Below, piece after piece: positions 1 through 11,316 of a stretch of DNA of 64,000 bases. The notes beneath the pieces were generated by a model. It did no database searches, had not been told where the DNA came from, and worked only from the letters and a program-made list of their open reading frames with translations. Both the position numbers and the translations under genes were made by a program. The DNA is from a virus (Duplodnaviria; Heunggongvirae; Uroviricota; Caudoviricetes), in the IMG/VR virus record IMGVR_UViG_3300035696_000002; one strand, written 5' to 3'. Position 1 is the first letter of the stretch. The number at the start of each line of letters is the position of its first letter.

Positions 1-862
1 GCCAGAGTGCAACGTTCGCTTCCGGCAACTCAAGGCCGAAGCCGCCAAGAAAGTTTTCACGCCTCGGGAACTCTATGATCTGAAACCAGCCGACGTGTCG
101 TACTACCTCGACTATTTGCTCAACCCACACCTGCCGGAAGTCTACGACGCCATGGATTTCAATTACAAAGAGGCGGAGCAGATGCAACGGATTGAGATTC
201 GTGTTCTCGCGGATCAAATCGTCAGCGGCGACCGTGTCTGGACGCTGGCAACGATCTGGTTCGACGGTGATCCGGTCATGGTGGTCAACAGCGGCGAGGA
301 TCGACACGATCACAGGCGGTGGATTACCAACAAATTTCTTTTCGAGGAAATGGTGAAATGGCTCCGGTCATTCCTGCCCACCGTCATCGAAGAGGATTTC
401 GTGGATGAAGACACCATCATCCCGGCCATGACGGAATTCAACAATTCAACCCTGCATCGGTTTTACGATGCGGAGAAACAGGAAGCTGTCAATGCCTGAG
501 TCGGACTACACTTGGAACCAGCTAGAATGGGAAATCCAGAACAAGGAAGCTGAACTCCGGGGCATGAAGGCCGCTTTGGAAAACCTGCGGCGTCGATGCC
601 AGCACAAGTGGGGCAAAACAGAGTACACCCCGGACTATCAGCCGGGTTACCGGATTGAGGGCGATCCGCCCGGCACCATGGGGGTTGACTGGCGGGGGCC
701 TATGTGGGTAGACTCAAAGACGACCCCGAAATGGACTCGTAAGTGCTCAGAATGTGGGCTGAAACAGGTGACCGAACGGACTTCGGACAAGGTTGAAAAA
801 ATTCCTGTTTTCTAGTCAGGTTTTTGTGGTACACTTCTTGAAACGTCGCAGGAGACGAAATT

Positions 863-1546
863 ATGTCACTTTTGGATGCAATTAAGCACGCAGCATTTGA
901 AGACGAGGCACCAGCACCGAAGCCTGTAGCGAAGCCCACGTCGGCCTTTCACGCTGCCACACAGACCTATTCTCCGGGAGCCGCAGCACCCGCCCCGGCA
1001 TTCAGCCCGACACCCAACTCTTCCATTCCGAATTACGGTGCCCCGGCTCCGGTCGTTGTCGATGAGGCTGTCTATCAGCACATTTTCGAAAAGACAGACT
1101 TCGAGAACACGAGCGTGATGAAGACCATCCACAAGTACCTTGATGCGATGGCGAATCTGCCGCTCGATCAGAACACCAAGTTCAAGACGGCGGTCACTCA
1201 GGCTCAGTCGATTGACCACATTACGCCCGACCAGATTCTCGGGGCGTTCGACACGCTCAAGGCAACGCTCCAGAGCGAAGCCACTGAATTCTCCAGTCAC
1301 TCCGACACATTCACTCAACAGGAAATCACTGCCCGGCAGACGAAGCTGCAAAGCATCGCAGACACCATTGCCCGGAAGCAGAAAGAGATCGCCGACCTGC
1401 AAGCGACGCACACGCAGGTTTCGGCGGAATTGGCAAACGCGACGGCGACCGCTGCCAACGCACAGACCCAGTTCCAGCTTGCAACACAGCGTCGCAGCAA
1501 CGAGATCGACCAGCAGAAGGCACAGTTCGCAAGCCTCCTGCGGTAA
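863..1546 (+). CDS. Coiled-coil protein with Pro/Ala-rich N-terminus, first gene of ABC/OmpA module
   Basis: 227 aa ORF, AGGAG RBS, upstream TGTGGTACACT extended -10, heptad-rich C-terminal half. Confidence 0.7.
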   Translation: MSLLDAIKHAAFEDEAPAPKPVAKPTSAFHAATQTYSPGAAAPAPAFSPTPNSSIPNYGAPAPVVVDEAVYQHIFEKTDFENTSVMKTIHKYLDAMANLPLDQNTKFKTAVTQAQSIDHITPDQILGAFDTLKATLQSEATEFSSHSDTFTQQEITARQTKLQSIADTIARKQKEIADLQATHTQVSAELANATATAANAQTQFQLATQRRSNEIDQQKAQFASLLR

Positions 1547-1582
1547 CGAAAAAGACCCGACAGGGAAAAGGAAAAAATCATC

Positions 1583-2677
1583 ATGGGTGCATTGACCACG
1601 ACTCCTAGCTTTTCGAACTACACGCCGAAGTCCTTCTGGAAGAAACCAGAAAGCGGCCCCGGCTATCTGCTCCTCGCTGGTCTGATCGGCGGCGGGCTCT
1701 ACGGCCTGTTTCTAGCCCTCCCCTTCCTCCTCACGATTGTGTGGGGGACGGTTAACCTTGTCATCGGTGTTGCCGTTCTCGCTCTGATCGGCTACGTCGT
1801 GATGAACAAGACGATCCAGACCCTTGCACGAAACATTTTCCAGTCGGTCTGCCGGGGCATCGCGACGCTGTACACCACGATTGACCCCATCGGCATCTTG
1901 AAGAACCAGTTGGACGACGCCAAGACGGAGAAGGCCCAGTTGGACGCTACCGTCAATCGTTTCGCCGGAAGCGACGAAAATCTGCGTGAGGCCATCGACA
2001 AAAATAACAAGCAAATCCAGCAGGACATGGCGAACGCGGCCAGTGCGGCCCGGAAGGCAGCTTCACTCGTTGGCAACGACCCGAACACCAATCTCAAGCG
2101 TGAGCAGATTTTGGCGGAGAAGGGCAACTACGAGGAAGAGGCCGGGCTGTTGATGCAGAACAACAAACAGTTGCAGGCCCTCGAAGAAACGACGGCAAAC
2201 ATGCTCGATACGTTCCGTCACTGGAGCATCGTCGCCGACGCCAAGATCGTCCGCATGGGAATGCGGGTGGACTTGCTGAGCAAGCAGCGTAAGGTCGTGC
2301 TCGAAGCCAAGAAGGCCCTGAGCATCGGTCAGCGTCTCTTGCAGGGCGACACCGAACAGCAGAAGATGGTCGATGCAGCTATCGACTACCTCGCCGAGGA
2401 TGCAGCACGCACCGTTGGCGAAATCAAGGAATTCAACCGCACGTCCGACCGGATGCTCACGAAGATCGACATCGAGAACGGTGCCAATGCTGAACTGGCT
2501 CGGGCTCAGTTTGCCGATTTCAGCCAGAAGTTGCTGGCGTCCAGCAATGCACCTTCGGCAGCAGACGAGTTGTCAGGCGTGATCGGCGGGCCTATCCCGG
2601 TCGCCGAGGCAGTCCCCGTGGGTCGCAGCACGTCGGCCAGCGGCGGCAGCAGCTTCAACTATTTCGACAAGCAGTAG
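1583..2677 (+). CDS. Membrane-anchored long coiled-coil protein (possibly PspA/IM30-like)
   Basis: Two N-terminal hydrophobic helices then about 250 aa of helical coiled coil; family assignment is inference. Confidence 0.6.
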   Translation: MGALTTTPSFSNYTPKSFWKKPESGPGYLLLAGLIGGGLYGLFLALPFLLTIVWGTVNLVIGVAVLALIGYVVMNKTIQTLARNIFQSVCRGIATLYTTIDPIGILKNQLDDAKTEKAQLDATVNRFAGSDENLREAIDKNNKQIQQDMANAASAARKAASLVGNDPNTNLKREQILAEKGNYEEEAGLLMQNNKQLQALEETTANMLDTFRHWSIVADAKIVRMGMRVDLLSKQRKVVLEAKKALSIGQRLLQGDTEQQKMVDAAIDYLAEDAARTVGEIKEFNRTSDRMLTKIDIENGANAELARAQFADFSQKLLASSNAPSAADELSGVIGGPIPVAEAVPVGRSTSASGGSSFNYFDKQ

Positions 2678-2743
2678 ACATTCCGGCTCGGTATGGTATA
2701 ATCCATACCGAGTCGTAAAACACTTTCAGGAGAAGAAGATATT

Positions 2744-4576
2744 ATGAAACTCAAACCGCAAGCAAAGTTGGCGTTGATCGTGGTCGGTGGACTGGCACTC
2801 GTGTTCGGCCTCCGCACCTTGGCCTCATACGGAATTATTCCGACACCGGGCTTCGCAAAGGCTCTGGTGCCGCAACGTGCAATCCTCCCCGACGTGAAGG
2901 ATGCTCAAGTTCAGAACGTCGCCCCGGTCGCCCTCCCGCAGGACGCTCCGGCCTCAGTTCAGTCCACGTTGATCCGTGGCGTGATCTGGGAATGGAATGC
3001 TCAGTTGGGTCTGCTCTTCGCCAATGGCGGGCCGCAGACGACTGCTGGCTCCCTGATGGCAAAGCGTAACGTCAATCTGCTCCTCTATCGTCAGGACATC
3101 ACCGACAAGATGATCGAAGACCTGAACGCCTGTGCCGCCGAGATCAAGGGCGGAGCTACACAGTGCGACACGGGTGCGAACTTCGCCATCATCATGGGTG
3201 ACGGTTCCGGGCAATTCGCCGCAGCGATCAATCCCTCGCTCTCCAAGCTTGGGCCGCAGTACAAAGTGATCGTGATCGGTGCCGCTGGCTACAGCCGTGG
3301 TGAGGATGCCTTCTTGGCTCCGCCAGAGGTTAAGGCCAACCCGAAGGCTGCAAAGGGCCTGCTGGTTGAAGGCGTGCTCCGCGATGGCGACTGGAATATC
3401 GCCATGAAGTGGGCTGCTGACAACGGCATCCCGAACAACCCGGACGAGAAGACCTACGATCCAGACGCGATCAATTGGGTCAACGCTCCCGACTACAACA
3501 CGGCTGCCGCCGATTACGTTGCTGAAAAGCCTGTCACTTTGAAGGTTGTTCACAACGGTCGTCCGACTGGCGAAACCAAGACCATGAAGGTCAATGCCAT
3601 CGTGACGTGGACGCCGGGCGACGTGACTGCCGTCAAGCAAAAGGGCGGACTGGTCAAGGTCGTGTCCTCGAAGCAATACAAGTCGCAGATGCCTGCTGTC
3701 ATCATCGGGCCGAAGAAATTCTTCACGGACAACCGCGAGGAAATCAGCAACATGCTTGCTGCCATGATGGAAGGCGGCGATCAGGTGAAGGCGTTTGAGA
3801 AGTCGCTCCGCAAGGCCGCTCAGATTTCATCCGCCGTCTACAAAGACGAGGGTGAAGAGGGTGCGACCAACGGCGACTTCTGGTACAACATGTACAAGAG
3901 CGTCCCGTACAAGGATCAGACCACTGGCGAGACCGTGATTCTCGGCGGCTCGGCTGTGAACAACCTTGACGACAACCTTATCCTGTTCGGCATGAAGCCG
4001 GGCCTGAACGATAACTTCTCCTCGACCTACCGGGTCTTTGCGGGAATCGTCGCTCAGCAATATCCGCAGATCGTGAAGGAAACCCCGATCCCCGACGTGA
4101 AGGAAGTTGAAGACAAGACCTTCGTGAAGGCGGCTCAGGACATCCTCGAAGCGGCCAACGACACTGGCTCTGAGGCGGAAACCACGTCCTACTCGGCACA
4201 GGCTTCTGCCGACGTGATCGGACACCGGGCCTATCAGATTCAGTTCGCGACCGGGTCGGCGGCATTGACGGATGAAGGCAAGGCTACCGTCCAGCAGTTG
4301 AAGGATAGCATCGCCATCACCAGTGCCTTCGTCAAGATCGACGGCTACACGGATAACACGGGCAGCGATTCCGTGAACATCCCCCTGTCTCGGGCTCGTG
4401 CGGCCTCCGTGGCGGCTTATCTCCACGAACTGGCACCGAAGAACTTCCCGACCGCAGGGCCGAACAAGCGGTTCAGCACGGATGGACACGGTTCCTTGAA
4501 CCCTGTCGTGCCGAACACGACCGCTGAGAACAAGGCTCAGAACCGCCGCGTGGAAATCACGCTGACGGGCAACTAA
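2744..4576 (+). CDS. ABC substrate-binding protein (NMT1/SsuA-like) fused to C-terminal OmpA-like peptidoglycan-binding domain
   Basis: N-terminal TM anchor; C-terminal IQFATGSAAL...IDGYTDNTG...LSRARAASV...NRRVEI OmpA-C motifs. Confidence 0.85.
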   Translation: MKLKPQAKLALIVVGGLALVFGLRTLASYGIIPTPGFAKALVPQRAILPDVKDAQVQNVAPVALPQDAPASVQSTLIRGVIWEWNAQLGLLFANGGPQTTAGSLMAKRNVNLLLYRQDITDKMIEDLNACAAEIKGGATQCDTGANFAIIMGDGSGQFAAAINPSLSKLGPQYKVIVIGAAGYSRGEDAFLAPPEVKANPKAAKGLLVEGVLRDGDWNIAMKWAADNGIPNNPDEKTYDPDAINWVNAPDYNTAAADYVAEKPVTLKVVHNGRPTGETKTMKVNAIVTWTPGDVTAVKQKGGLVKVVSSKQYKSQMPAVIIGPKKFFTDNREEISNMLAAMMEGGDQVKAFEKSLRKAAQISSAVYKDEGEEGATNGDFWYNMYKSVPYKDQTTGETVILGGSAVNNLDDNLILFGMKPGLNDNFSSTYRVFAGIVAQQYPQIVKETPIPDVKEVEDKTFVKAAQDILEAANDTGSEAETTSYSAQASADVIGHRAYQIQFATGSAALTDEGKATVQQLKDSIAITSAFVKIDGYTDNTGSDSVNIPLSRARAASVAAYLHELAPKNFPTAGPNKRFSTDGHGSLNPVVPNTTAENKAQNRRVEITLTGN

Positions 4577-4597
4577 GCCGGGAGTGCTTTATAAGAT

Positions 4598-4629
4598 GGG
4601 GCGGGCTTCGGCTCGCCCCTTTCATTTTT
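4598..4629 (+). terminator. Intrinsic terminator
   Basis: GGGGCGGGC-TTCG-GCTCGCCCC followed by T-rich tract. Confidence 0.8.
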
Positions 4630-4784
4630 CGTTTGACATCAAGGCTCAGTAGTTAGTATGATGGAGAGGTTATGAACAACAGACAACCAGAAGGGCCGGG
4701 CGTTTTATTGACACTCCTGATCGTTGCCTGCATCATCGGCTGGATACTTTGGGGGCTGAATGCACTGGGGTGGTTGCCAACGCT

Positions 4785-5570
4785 ATGAACGATTTTCTCG
4801 CAGCATTCACACCGAACAAGGTGATCTCGAAGACCACGCTTAAGACGCTGGTCGGCGTCCAAGTCGCGATCTTTTTCGCACTGTGGTTCTTCTCGCCATT
4901 TGTTTTTCTGCCGACCATGACCGAGACGTGGAACGCTTTCGTCGAACAATGGGGGCAGGGCCTCGGCGGCGAACTGCTGACCAGCTTGTACGCCAACGTT
5001 GAGGCTATCGGCGTGGCCAGCTTGATTTCTCTTCTGCTTGCTTACGGCACCACCATGGCGGGATTTCGCCCTGTAGTCACGGTGCTCAGTAAGCTGCGTT
5101 TCCTGTCGATGGTTGGCCTCAGCTTTTTCTTCACCACCGCCACGCACAGTTCACACCAACTCAAAATCTGCATGCTCGTATTCTCTATCTCGGTGTTCTA
5201 CGTTACCGGGATGGCAGACGTAATCGAGAGCATCCCACAGGAACAGTACGACCTTGCCCGTACCCTGCGTAAGGGGCCGTGGGAGACCGTGTGGGAGGTT
5301 GTCGTGCTCGGGCAGATAGACAAGGCGTTCGATGTGCTCCGGCAAAATGCGGCCATCGGCTGGATGATGCTAACCATGATCGAGGGCATGACCCGCACTG
5401 ATGGCGGCATTGGTGCAATGCTCCTCAACGCCAACAAACACTTCTACCTGCCTGCCGTGCTGGCAATTCAGATCACCATTCTGTTGCTCGGCTTGGGACA
5501 GGACTACATGATCGGCGTGACGAAAAACTTACTCTGCCCATACGCGGCATTAACGGCGGTGAAGAAATGA
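4785..5570 (+). CDS. ABC transporter permease (NitT/TauT/SsuC type)
   Basis: Multiple TM helices, EAA-like loop (EQYDLARTLRKG), GIGAML motif; ATG 4785 preferred over 4749. Confidence 0.85.
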   Translation: MNDFLAAFTPNKVISKTTLKTLVGVQVAIFFALWFFSPFVFLPTMTETWNAFVEQWGQGLGGELLTSLYANVEAIGVASLISLLLAYGTTMAGFRPVVTVLSKLRFLSMVGLSFFFTTATHSSHQLKICMLVFSISVFYVTGMADVIESIPQEQYDLARTLRKGPWETVWEVVVLGQIDKAFDVLRQNAAIGWMMLTMIEGMTRTDGGIGAMLLNANKHFYLPAVLAIQITILLLGLGQDYMIGVTKNLLCPYAALTAVKK

Positions 5571-6403
5571 CGGAATTGTTGAAGTGGTTTCTGAACTGGA
5601 TCAGCCAAGGCGACAACATCTGGATTGCCATTCTGATCGGTGGGGCAATTACCACCATCATCTACACCGGGAGCGAGGCTCTGGTGAAGATCATCCGGGA
5701 ACTGAAAAGAAAGTAGCATGTTCAACGTCGGCGACAAAGTAACGCGGATGATGGGAGGTTCGATTCCCATGGAGTTGACCGTAACGGCGGTCACCGAAGA
5801 CCGCATCATCTGCGGGCCGTGGGAGTTTGACAAACGCACCGGGGCTGAGATCGACGAAGATTTTGGATGGGGGCCGGGGTTCTCCGGTAGCTACATCCAA
5901 GTGCCCGGCGTCACATATATCTCATTGGAGAAATAGTATGCTGCCTGCAATCAAAGAAGTGATCGAGAAGCACGTCATGGCATACGGCCCCAATCGGAAG
6001 GGCTGCGTCATGTACATGACTGACGGCGTCCGCAAGGCTGCCGACGAACTCGGGATCAGCTATGAAGCCGCCAAGGAATTGGTGCGTTGCTGGATCAGCG
6101 AGGAGTTCTGATGCCCCGACTGCGGGTCAAGGTCGTGATCGAACGCATGTACGCCATGCAGGAGTGGAACAACGACTTGATCGGGTCGGTGGTCAACTTC
6201 GACACGGGGGAACGTTTGCCGGACTTCATGTCCTTCAAGCTGGTAGCCGTGGTCGGAGGTCAGGCTGTCGGCGTCTCGGGGCCGCTGCCTTATCTGACTG
6301 AGATGCGGGGTGAGGTCACCTATCACGACCCCTCGGATTCCGGTAAGATGATTACGCAATATGTGGAAGTCACAGAAATGACAGTTCGGACGGTGAAACC
6401 CTA

Positions 6404-7282
6404 ATGCCAGCACTCTACCCATATAGCTACGGTCAAACGTTGCTCAAGGTCGAAAACGTCAGTCTATCCGCCTCGGCGGACGGTACCCGCTTGCTTGAAA
6501 AGGAAGAGCCGGGCAGCCGTCCCATCCTAAAGAACGTCAACGCTGAGGTCAAGAAGATCATCCGGCCTGACCACATTCAGGGGCAGGTCGTCGGCTTTAT
6601 CGGCCCCTCCGGTATTGGCAAAACGCAACTGTTCCGCATTATCGCCGGGCTCAACAAGCCGACAACGGGGATTGTGACCACGAACGGCAACACCCGCCCG
6701 GTACAGGCCGGGGAAGTGGGCGTCGTGGCCCAGAACTACCCCCTGTTCGCTCACCGCTCCGTGCTCGGAAACCTGATGCAGGCGGCAGCCAAGAAAGAGA
6801 AGGACGCCAAGGTCGCCAAAGACAAGATCATGACGTTTCTGAGCGAATTCGAACTGGCAGACAAGATTCATCTGTACCCGGCTCAGCTATCGGGCGGACA
6901 ACGCCAGCGTATCGCTATCATCCAACAAATTCTGTGCTCTGAGCACTATCTGCTCATGGACGAACCGTTCTCCGGCCTCGACATCATCGTGGAAGGCAAG
7001 GCGACCGAACTCATCATGAAGGTTGCCAACATGGATGACCTGAATACGGTGATTGTCGTGACGCACGACATCTCCGCCGCCGCTTCCATCGCCGACCATA
7101 TCTGGGCTTTGGGCCGGGAGCACGACGAACAGGGCAACCCGATTCCGGGGGCCTCTATCGTCAAGACCTACGACCTGATTGAGCGTGGCTTGTGCTGGGA
7201 TCAAGTCAGCGAACACGCCATGACAAGGCCGCAGATGGTTGAATTCATCCGGGAAGTCAAAGACGACTTCTATCATTTCTGA
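6404..7282 (+). CDS. ABC transporter ATP-binding protein
   Basis: Walker A GPSGIGKT, LSGGQRQR signature, LLMDEPFSGLD, VTHD. Confidence 0.95.
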   Translation: MPALYPYSYGQTLLKVENVSLSASADGTRLLEKEEPGSRPILKNVNAEVKKIIRPDHIQGQVVGFIGPSGIGKTQLFRIIAGLNKPTTGIVTTNGNTRPVQAGEVGVVAQNYPLFAHRSVLGNLMQAAAKKEKDAKVAKDKIMTFLSEFELADKIHLYPAQLSGGQRQRIAIIQQILCSEHYLLMDEPFSGLDIIVEGKATELIMKVANMDDLNTVIVVTHDISAAASIADHIWALGREHDEQGNPIPGASIVKTYDLIERGLCWDQVSEHAMTRPQMVEFIREVKDDFYHF

Positions 7283-8679
7283 GGGGAATATGGCAAAGAA
7301 GAGGTTGAACAAAAACGCGAAAGCGTGGATCGCCGCTCTACGTAGCGGGAAGTTTCGCCAAGCTACGCAACATCTGGGCTATCGCGGGGCGTATTGCTGC
7401 CTCGGCGTGGCCTGTGAACTCGCTGCCAAGGCCGGGGTCATCCCGGCACGTGTCATCGAGAACAAAGTCTATGCCTACGGTACGGACGAAGAGGGCCGGG
7501 AAACCGGGACGCTGCCCCAATCTGTTCAGGACTGGTTGGGCCTGAACGATGCGAGTGGGAGCTATCAGGACAAGGACGGCAAAAACCTCGACCTGACCGT
7601 GTTGAACGATGAAGGCGTGAAATTCAAGGAAATCGCCGACGTAATCGAGAGCCGTCCTCAAGGTTTGTTTGCATAAATTCTGGCGACTGTGCTAGGATTG
7701 ATGTATGACACAACGGCTCAAAGGTTTTGTGGTTACGCTTGAAAAAGACTTGCGTGAGGATGACGCCGAAGTCATCCTCAACGCTCTCCGCATGATCCGT
7801 CATGTCGAGTCCGTCGAGCCCGTCGAATCCAACTTTGACGATCAAATGAATCGCTCCCGAATTCGTTCCGAATTTAGGGACAAACTCTGGGCGGTACTAT
7901 ATCCTGAATACGCGAAAGAGAAACAATAACCATGGCCAACAAAAAGAAAAACAAAAAGGACGGGCTCCAGCCGAAGTTTGAGTCCAAGGTGCTGCTCCTG
8001 CACTGTAAGTGCGATTCATGCACAAACTGGGAACTCGCGTACCATCTCGGGGCTTACTACCTCGTGTGTGCGACCTGCGAGGAACAGGTGTTCTTGAACC
8101 TGACTAACCTCGACCCACATCCTCAATTTCACTGGGAGCCGAAAAAGTAGTTATGACTTACACGCAGCTTGAATCTTCCGTGAAAGGCGGGTTCGTGTGC
8201 TTCGCCGTGTTGGCGATCATCAACGGATTTACGTCCACACACTGGTACGGTAGGCTTGGCGAATTCCTTGGGTACATGATCGGCTGGATGATGTTCAGCC
8301 TGATCTACGATTATTTCCGGGGTCTGTGGAAGAGCCGCGATGGGAACTGACGCATACGAAGGCGTTCCTCGTTTGGAACGGGTTGCCGACATCGTCACGG
8401 GTCTCCAGAAGACATACCCGGACGCCAAGAAGCTGGCCATCGACATTCGCTTTGAGTGGGTGACGACGGATGTCTACACGGATGGAGCGGAACTTTGCCC
8501 CGTTGTCAAGATCAACATCGAGAGGTAACGATGTACGAGCGATTCCTAAACTGGTGCGGCGACCACCCCTTCCTCACGCTGGGGCTATTCGCACTGGTTT
8601 TTGTGATCGTTTTCGGGCTGGCAGTTCAAACGGGCATCATCACGGAACATACCAAGCTGATGCCTTACTAGGGGTTGTT

Positions 8680-8943
8680 ATGGCTTTCGTAATTGCTGAA
8701 CCATGTATCGGGGTGAAAGACACGGCGTGCGTTGATGCGTGCCCGGTCGATTGTATCCACCCCAAGAAGGGCACCCCGGAATTCGAGAAAGAGCCGATGC
8801 TCTACATCGACCCGGTTGAGTGCATCGACTGCGGGGCCTGCGTTCCGGTCTGCCCGACCGCCGCAATCTTCCCGGTGGAAGACCTCCCGGCTCAGTGGGC
8901 TCGTTTCACTCAGATCAACGCCGACTACTTCGGGAGAAAGTAA
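8680..8943 (+). CDS. Ferredoxin (dicluster, FdxA-like)
   Basis: CIGVKDTACVDACPVDCIH and CIDCGACVPVCP motifs; true start is ATG 8680 inside the longer track ORF. Confidence 0.92.
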   Translation: MAFVIAEPCIGVKDTACVDACPVDCIHPKKGTPEFEKEPMLYIDPVECIDCGACVPVCPTAAIFPVEDLPAQWARFTQINADYFGRK

Positions 8944-10404
8944 TGCCGCTGACCACCAAGCAACTTGAACTCTTCGCCAAGATCGAACTAACTCTCCGTC
9001 ATGTTCGCAACCTGTACGAACTTGGCCCGCACGACGTTCGTGCCGAAGCTGTCGATGCCAATCAGGCTCTCGAAGAGGCTCTGGGCAAGGACTACGCTAA
9101 AATCTTCAAGACCAAGACGTGGAAGAAGGCAATGGCATGATGTTTCTGTGTTGGCTCAAGGCCATAGGTTTAATCCTCGCCGTTCTCGCTACTGTGGCCG
9201 GGATATTCGTGGCTTTTTGTGCCGCCATGTTCTGTATCGTTGGAGCGTGTATAGCGATTGGGGATTTCTTTGAGCGTCACCCGGTCACTCGCCTCATACC
9301 CACACTCGGGAAGGCTCTCCTGATCCTGCTCGTAGCTTTGTCCCTCGTGGGAGGAGTCTGGGGGGCAAAACAGCAAGTTTGTAAGCGGGGTTTTGTGCGG
9401 TCGTACAAAGATTTCATAGCGGACATGTTCAAGTGATGCCGTATCTCCCCGCTACCGAAGAAGAAATTTGGCAATTTCGCGAAGTGATGCGGAAGGATCG
9501 TGAGAGACGTGAAAAAGCTAAAAACGAAACTGCACTTCAATCGGGTGAACATGCAGAGGGGCAACCCGAACGTGTGGACGGCCCACAATAGTCACGGCTG
9601 CTTTCAGGCTGAGAAGCTTGTCATCATGCACGAAGGCAAGGTCGTAGCCGAGACGGTATTCAAGCCGGAGGCCAAACAGCCTCGGGCGTATTTCGAGACG
9701 CACGGTCAAGTCCGGTACGAGGGCAAGACCGCAATCGTGGAGGTTTGATTATGCCGACAGCTACTCCTAAAGGCACCGAAGTAGTCGTGAAGTACGGCGG
9801 CGAATTCATGGATTTGGGCGATCAGGCCGACAATTTCGGCAGGCGAACCAAGGCCGTGGAGGCGATCCTCGGTATCATCAGCATCAACACCATCGGATTG
9901 GATTTCTTCTCCCGCCCGATAGGCGACATCACGGTCAAAGACCTGTACGAGAAACTGTTCAACTTGCAGGACGGCGTTCAGCGTGCCCGGATGCAGATAC
10001 AAGACCGCAACCTTGAGCGTGTGGCCAAGGAAACGGGCCTGTACGACCGCCTCGTCGGTCTGCAAGAATGTGTTGAGCGGGCGAAGGCTCAGGTGCGGAA
10101 GGAACTCCACCACTAAATGGAACTCAGGCAGATCATCGGTATCGCCGGGATGGTGCTTATGCTGGGCGGGACTTTCTACAGCATGTGGAAGTTCGACCAG
10201 AAGCCCAACGGCAGAATTCCAGTCCGGGTTACCAAGACCGAGGGGCGATTGCTCTACGGCCTAATCGGCGTGATCTTAACTTTCAGCTTTTTGGCGGCAA
10301 CAAACTTGATCGCCGATTCGCTACAGCACGACAAGAAACAACAAATCGCGTGTCCAGAATATCCCCCGGTTGACGGGGCTGGACGCCCGGAGGTTTGCAA
10401 GTAA

Positions 10405-11316
10405 ATGTACCACAAAACAGACGCAGAGAAGTCTCCCCGCACCCTCGCAGCAAGTAACCCGGCCAAAGCCCGGCACCCGAAACCGTTCCGCGTTTCCTAC
10501 TACAACCCGGCAGAAGTGGACGACAGGGGCTTTGCCCTGCTAACCGTGGTTGAAGTGCAGGCCAAGACCGCCAAGGAAGCGAAGGCGATGGTGATCGGCC
10601 CCGACAAGCATTTTGTCAGTGCCTACAAGGCCGTCTCAATGAAACCGATTAGCGAAAAGAAGCGGCACATTTACACCCTGTCGCCGAACTACGTTCCACC
10701 GAAGGGCGTGTTCCGCAGGGGAGCCACACAGGCTTGGTTCCGCAAGTATCCGATCTGCCGTCGTCCCGGCTGCGGCAAGCAGAACCCGAAGTGGCACCAG
10801 TATTGCTCCGACACCTGTTCCCGTATGCTCAGAAATGGTCGGCAACTTCAGACCAAGGCACGCCGGATGCGGGTCGGCAAGAAAAACGGGATCATCCTCT
10901 GCAAGTGTTGTGCGGCCCGGCCCGTGGGCTCATTCAGCGATACCCGCTGCAACAAGTGCTTCCTCGACACACGCACGTATGCCTTGCCTCGCAAGAATGC
11001 GGAGCGGTTGCTGCCTCGGCTACAAGGACAAATCCCGGCTGTGATGGAGATTATGCTGAACGCCGCCCAGCACAAATGCACTCGTGCAGGCGACACCAAG
11101 GGAGCCCGGTTCCCGAAGTGCGGCTGCCGTCTACACGCCTTCCAGTGGCTTGTCATCAATGCTGAGCGTCTGGTCAACCTGCGTCGGCCCAAACAGAGCT
11201 ACGTCATGTCCAACCAGCCGCTACCGCCATGGTTCCAGCCTAAGCGGAAGCGTCGCGACTTCCGGTTGCAAAACTACCTGTCGTCGATTCAGCCCAGTGG
11301 CAGCTTGGCATCATGA
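10405..11316 (+). CDS. Basic Cys-rich (Zn-finger-like) hypothetical protein
   Basis: 303 aa, several CxxC/CxxxC clusters. Confidence 0.55.
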   Translation: MYHKTDAEKSPRTLAASNPAKARHPKPFRVSYYNPAEVDDRGFALLTVVEVQAKTAKEAKAMVIGPDKHFVSAYKAVSMKPISEKKRHIYTLSPNYVPPKGVFRRGATQAWFRKYPICRRPGCGKQNPKWHQYCSDTCSRMLRNGRQLQTKARRMRVGKKNGIILCKCCAARPVGSFSDTRCNKCFLDTRTYALPRKNAERLLPRLQGQIPAVMEIMLNAAQHKCTRAGDTKGARFPKCGCRLHAFQWLVINAERLVNLRRPKQSYVMSNQPLPPWFQPKRKRRDFRLQNYLSSIQPSGSLAS

